From NCBI GenBank assembly GCA_963674945.2, contig CAXXWQ010000004.1:544001-608000 (forward strand): DNA of 64,000 nucleotides. The letters run 5' to 3'. How positions within the stretch are numbered: the first letter of the stretch is position 1; each line of letters starts with the position of its first letter. The translations under genes were made by a program, and so were the position numbers. The notes beneath the pieces were generated by a model, which had not been told where the DNA came from, did not search any database, and saw nothing but the letters and a program-made list of their open reading frames with translations. Source of the DNA: an uncultured Desulfosarcina sp. (GTDB lineage Bacteria; Desulfobacterota; Desulfobacteria; Desulfobacterales; Desulfosarcinaceae). Positions 61,151 through 64,000 of the stretch are shown here, piece after piece.

Positions 61151-62179
61151 CCTTTCTGAAACAGGTCGTTGTCGCATCAGCGGAAACCACACATGGTAAA
61201 CTGGTCCGAATGCAATTGGCATTGAGAATAATGGATCGAATGTTGTTAAGCAAAGGTACTTGATGCCGCCGGTCAAACTTTGATTTTATACATCCCAGCG
61301 GAGGTAGAATGCAATAAATCATTTCTCGTTTGTATTACAGTGATTCACTACTTCCATCAAAGAACACAGCAAAACGCATAAAGGCATGCCTGTCCCTTCT
61401 TTGCTCACTTTCATATGTCGAATTCAAACCACTACGCATCACATACGCCTATATCGTCTCTTTGAGACCAAAAATCGCAAGACAGGTGGTATTTATCCCT
61501 TCTTTTCACTTATTTCATTTAATAATAGCAGGTTGCCTTACCCCAACATCTGCTCCATCAGATCATTCTCTATAGATTATATTTATTTAAAAGATAGACA
61601 TTATCCATACTTTATACTTGACAAGGTTTTACGCGGGTGGTAGGCAGCAAATATGGAAATTTTCCATTATATATATCGCTATATATACATTTTATTTATA
61701 TTTTTAGGCTGTTAACTTATCTTCATAATATTTTGTGAAAACATTCCAAAATCCAACGATGTATTACGGAAAATTATGCTGACAATGTTTCGATTTTTTG
61801 GCTTTACGTGAGGCTGTGCGGATAGTTATGCCCGGGCTCGGCATGTTATGAAGTAGGCTGAAAAATCGCGAATAGAAGAATTTTGCTACACCATTTTCTC
61901 CAAAATATTTTTCTACCGCCGTAATTTTTTCAAGCCTTTGGCAAGTTAAGCAGATATTTATTTTTACGAATAAATATCCGCTTTCCGCCAAAATCCTATT
62001 CGCTCAATTCTAAACGAATACAGCCTTTCTGCTCGACAATGGGAATCTGTATGCTCCTATATGCCGATCGGCTTTGGATCATTCTTTTCTCCCATGACTG
62101 GAATACGTCAACAGCCTTGTTAAAATTGAGTACCGAAACATTCGTCCATAAATTCAATCAATGAAAAGTGGAGGTAATT

Positions 62180-63427
62180 ATGTGGAAGGGAAGATTGCCA
62201 ATGAAGGGAGCGCCCTATTGGTATAACACACCCATCGAAGATCTGGATTTCGAATGGAGCCATGAAGACAAAGTAGAGATCGAGAGATATTGTACAAAAA
62301 TTCTTAAAAACATCGAAGAAGAAGGGGGAATGACGCCAAAAGAACGATGGCTGGCGACCATGTATGGAAAGGAAAAGGACCGAATGATGTTTGGTCTTAA
62401 CACCGCCAATGTTTATTGTTCCAGGGTTTTGGATTCCTTTGCAGATGCGATAAAACCGATCGACTTGTACCGGTACCCGAAGTTGTTCATCAAAGCGCAT
62501 TTGGCGACTGTTGCCCGTTTCGGAACAGATTTCGCCAACATGCACGCCATTAGTTATGGCGAGGATATGTTTGGCGGGCAGTCAGAGATGATCGAATACG
62601 GCAATCCAATTCTGTCTGGAGAACCGCCCATCAAATCGTTGGAAGACCTCGAAGGCATAGTTATGCCCAATCCGTACACCGACGGATTGTATCCAGGTTA
62701 CCTTTGGGCCTTTCGGGAATACAAACGAATTCTCGAAGAATACAATGTTCCCCATCCTGTATGGGGATGCATTTGTGTCGGGCCGACCCTGACGGTCATG
62801 ATGTGTATGATGGGATGGACGGAGTTCAGCATGAACTTGCGCAAAAACCCGGAACTGGTCCGCAAATGCATGGATATTTCGACGGAATGGCTTATCACTT
62901 ACGGAAAGGCCGTGATCGATACCAATGCACCGGACGGGATATACACCTGTGAGGTCTTCGACGGTTTTCCCCTAAAAGGAAACGAATGGATCATCGATTA
63001 TCACAAGAAACTCGGGGAAACATTGAGTCAATACGCAATAGAAAAAACAGGGAAAAAGGTCCATCTGGCCTATGGATACGGATTCATGGGCAAAGCGATA
63101 GAGGCTTACAATCTGATGTATCAATACGGAGGACTTGGACCGGCCGGAGAACTTTTCAATGGCGGCTATGGCGGTCGCGGTGAAGTAGACCTGGATGCAG
63201 CGGCGCAGTGGCACTATGAACACGAATGCTATGTAAGCATGTCGATTCTTGACCATACGGCCGAATTTGGCCCCATATCCCAGATAGAGGAAGAAATCAA
63301 AGAGCTTTGCGAGAAGCACAAACACATGCCTAAATTCGTCCCAGGATTTAAATCGACCTACTGGACACCAATGGCACATCTTGATGCAGCCGCTGCTGCA
63401 TTTAAAAAGTATGGCAGGTATGAGTAA
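62180..63427 (+). CDS. Uroporphyrinogen decarboxylase/MtaA-like methyltransferase family protein
   Basis: MTPKER, PIKSLEDL, GPT.T...MMG..F...L.KNPE; upstream of corrinoid protein. Confidence 0.75.
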   Translation: MWKGRLPMKGAPYWYNTPIEDLDFEWSHEDKVEIERYCTKILKNIEEEGGMTPKERWLATMYGKEKDRMMFGLNTANVYCSRVLDSFADAIKPIDLYRYPKLFIKAHLATVARFGTDFANMHAISYGEDMFGGQSEMIEYGNPILSGEPPIKSLEDLEGIVMPNPYTDGLYPGYLWAFREYKRILEEYNVPHPVWGCICVGPTLTVMMCMMGWTEFSMNLRKNPELVRKCMDISTEWLITYGKAVIDTNAPDGIYTCEVFDGFPLKGNEWIIDYHKKLGETLSQYAIEKTGKKVHLAYGYGFMGKAIEAYNLMYQYGGLGPAGELFNGGYGGRGEVDLDAAAQWHYEHECYVSMSILDHTAEFGPISQIEEEIKELCEKHKHMPKFVPGFKSTYWTPMAHLDAAAAAFKKYGRYE

Positions 63428-63472
63428 ATTCAGGCTTTTACTTTCAGATACGAACAAAGGGAGTCCCATCAA

Positions 63473-64000
63473 ATGGCTGATGAAGAAATATTGGAAAAAT
63501 TAAAAGAAGCGATTATCGATCTGGATGATGACCTGGTCGCCCAATTGGTTCAAGAGTGCATGGATGCCAAAATTCCAGCCCTTGACGTCATTGTCAAGGG
63601 GTTGAGCCCCGGATTGACCATCATTGGCGACGAGTACGAGGCCAATGACCGGTTCATGAGCGATCTGATGATCTCGGGACAGATCATGAACGACGCCATG
63701 GAGAAGTTGCTTCCGACAGCGGATGTCGAAGCCTCCATCATGAATCGGAAACCGGAGGATAAGGTGATGATCATCGGCACCGTAGAAGGTGATCTTCACA
63801 ACGTCGGCAAAAGAATCGTCTCCGCTTTCTTTTCCGGTGCCGGTATCAAGGCCATCGACATCGGCGAGAACGTGTCGGCCGACAAGTTCGTGGCAGCGAT
63901 CAAGAAGTTCAAACCCGATATCGTAGGCGCATCGGCCATCATCGGGCCGGTGACGCCCTATTGCGGGGTCATCCATAAGGCCATGATGGAAGCCGGCGTC
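63473..64000 (+). CDS. Corrinoid (B12-binding) methyltransferase protein, runs off window
   Basis: Not in ORF track; MADEEILEKL..., GLSPGL..IG, GTVEGDLHNVGK (DxHxxG), DIGENV, VGASA. Confidence 0.9.
   Translation, partial: MADEEILEKLKEAIIDLDDDLVAQLVQECMDAKIPALDVIVKGLSPGLTIIGDEYEANDRFMSDLMISGQIMNDAMEKLLPTADVEASIMNRKPEDKVMIIGTVEGDLHNVGKRIVSAFFSGAGIKAIDIGENVSADKFVAAIKKFKPDIVGASAIIGPVTPYCGVIHKAMMEAGV

Noticed and set aside
62030..62170. Cobalamin riboswitch before the methyltransferase genes
   Set aside because: Only GGGAAT matches; no B12-box or conserved core
63500..63976. Minus-strand 158-aa ORF
   Set aside because: Shadow of the plus-strand corrinoid protein
1..64000. CRISPR array, cas genes or rRNA
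   Set aside because: No regularly spaced repeat-spacer series, cas motifs or rRNA-like sequence seen

Overview
Bacterial chromosome window, most likely a Desulfobacterales-type sulfate-reducing deltaproteobacterium (inferred from gene families and repeat types; not verified). 1-9 kb: very AT-rich exopolysaccharide locus (Wzy-like, Wzx, GT4, secreted beta-helix protein) with an intact IS1595 element, followed by a catalytically eroded IS1595-like protein. 11-19 kb: GC-rich core genes (tRNA-Glu, tRNA-Lys, trkAH, birA-bioY-ECF with BirA operator, fabH). 20.7-24 kb: decayed island after tRNA-Arg (lone attC cassette, toxin-antitoxin pair, integrase remnant with a micro-inversion). Two near-identical 2456-bp IS copies in inverted orientation (25.5 and 55.4 kb) bracket a 27-kb stress/osmotic-type block. 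Its most interesting part is a sigma54-type operon: KamA-type aminomutase, YkgJ, two Ddl-like ATP-grasp ligases and a GNAT-deacetylase-GNAT fusion, next to a DksA-family gene, a sigma54 activator and a recurring candidate enhancer motif. Many genes in 44-58 kb are internally deleted remnants. The end holds a CHAT-domain lipoprotein and the start of a corrinoid methyltransferase locus. No CRISPR array or rRNA seen. All family calls come from motif recognition by eye, not database searches.
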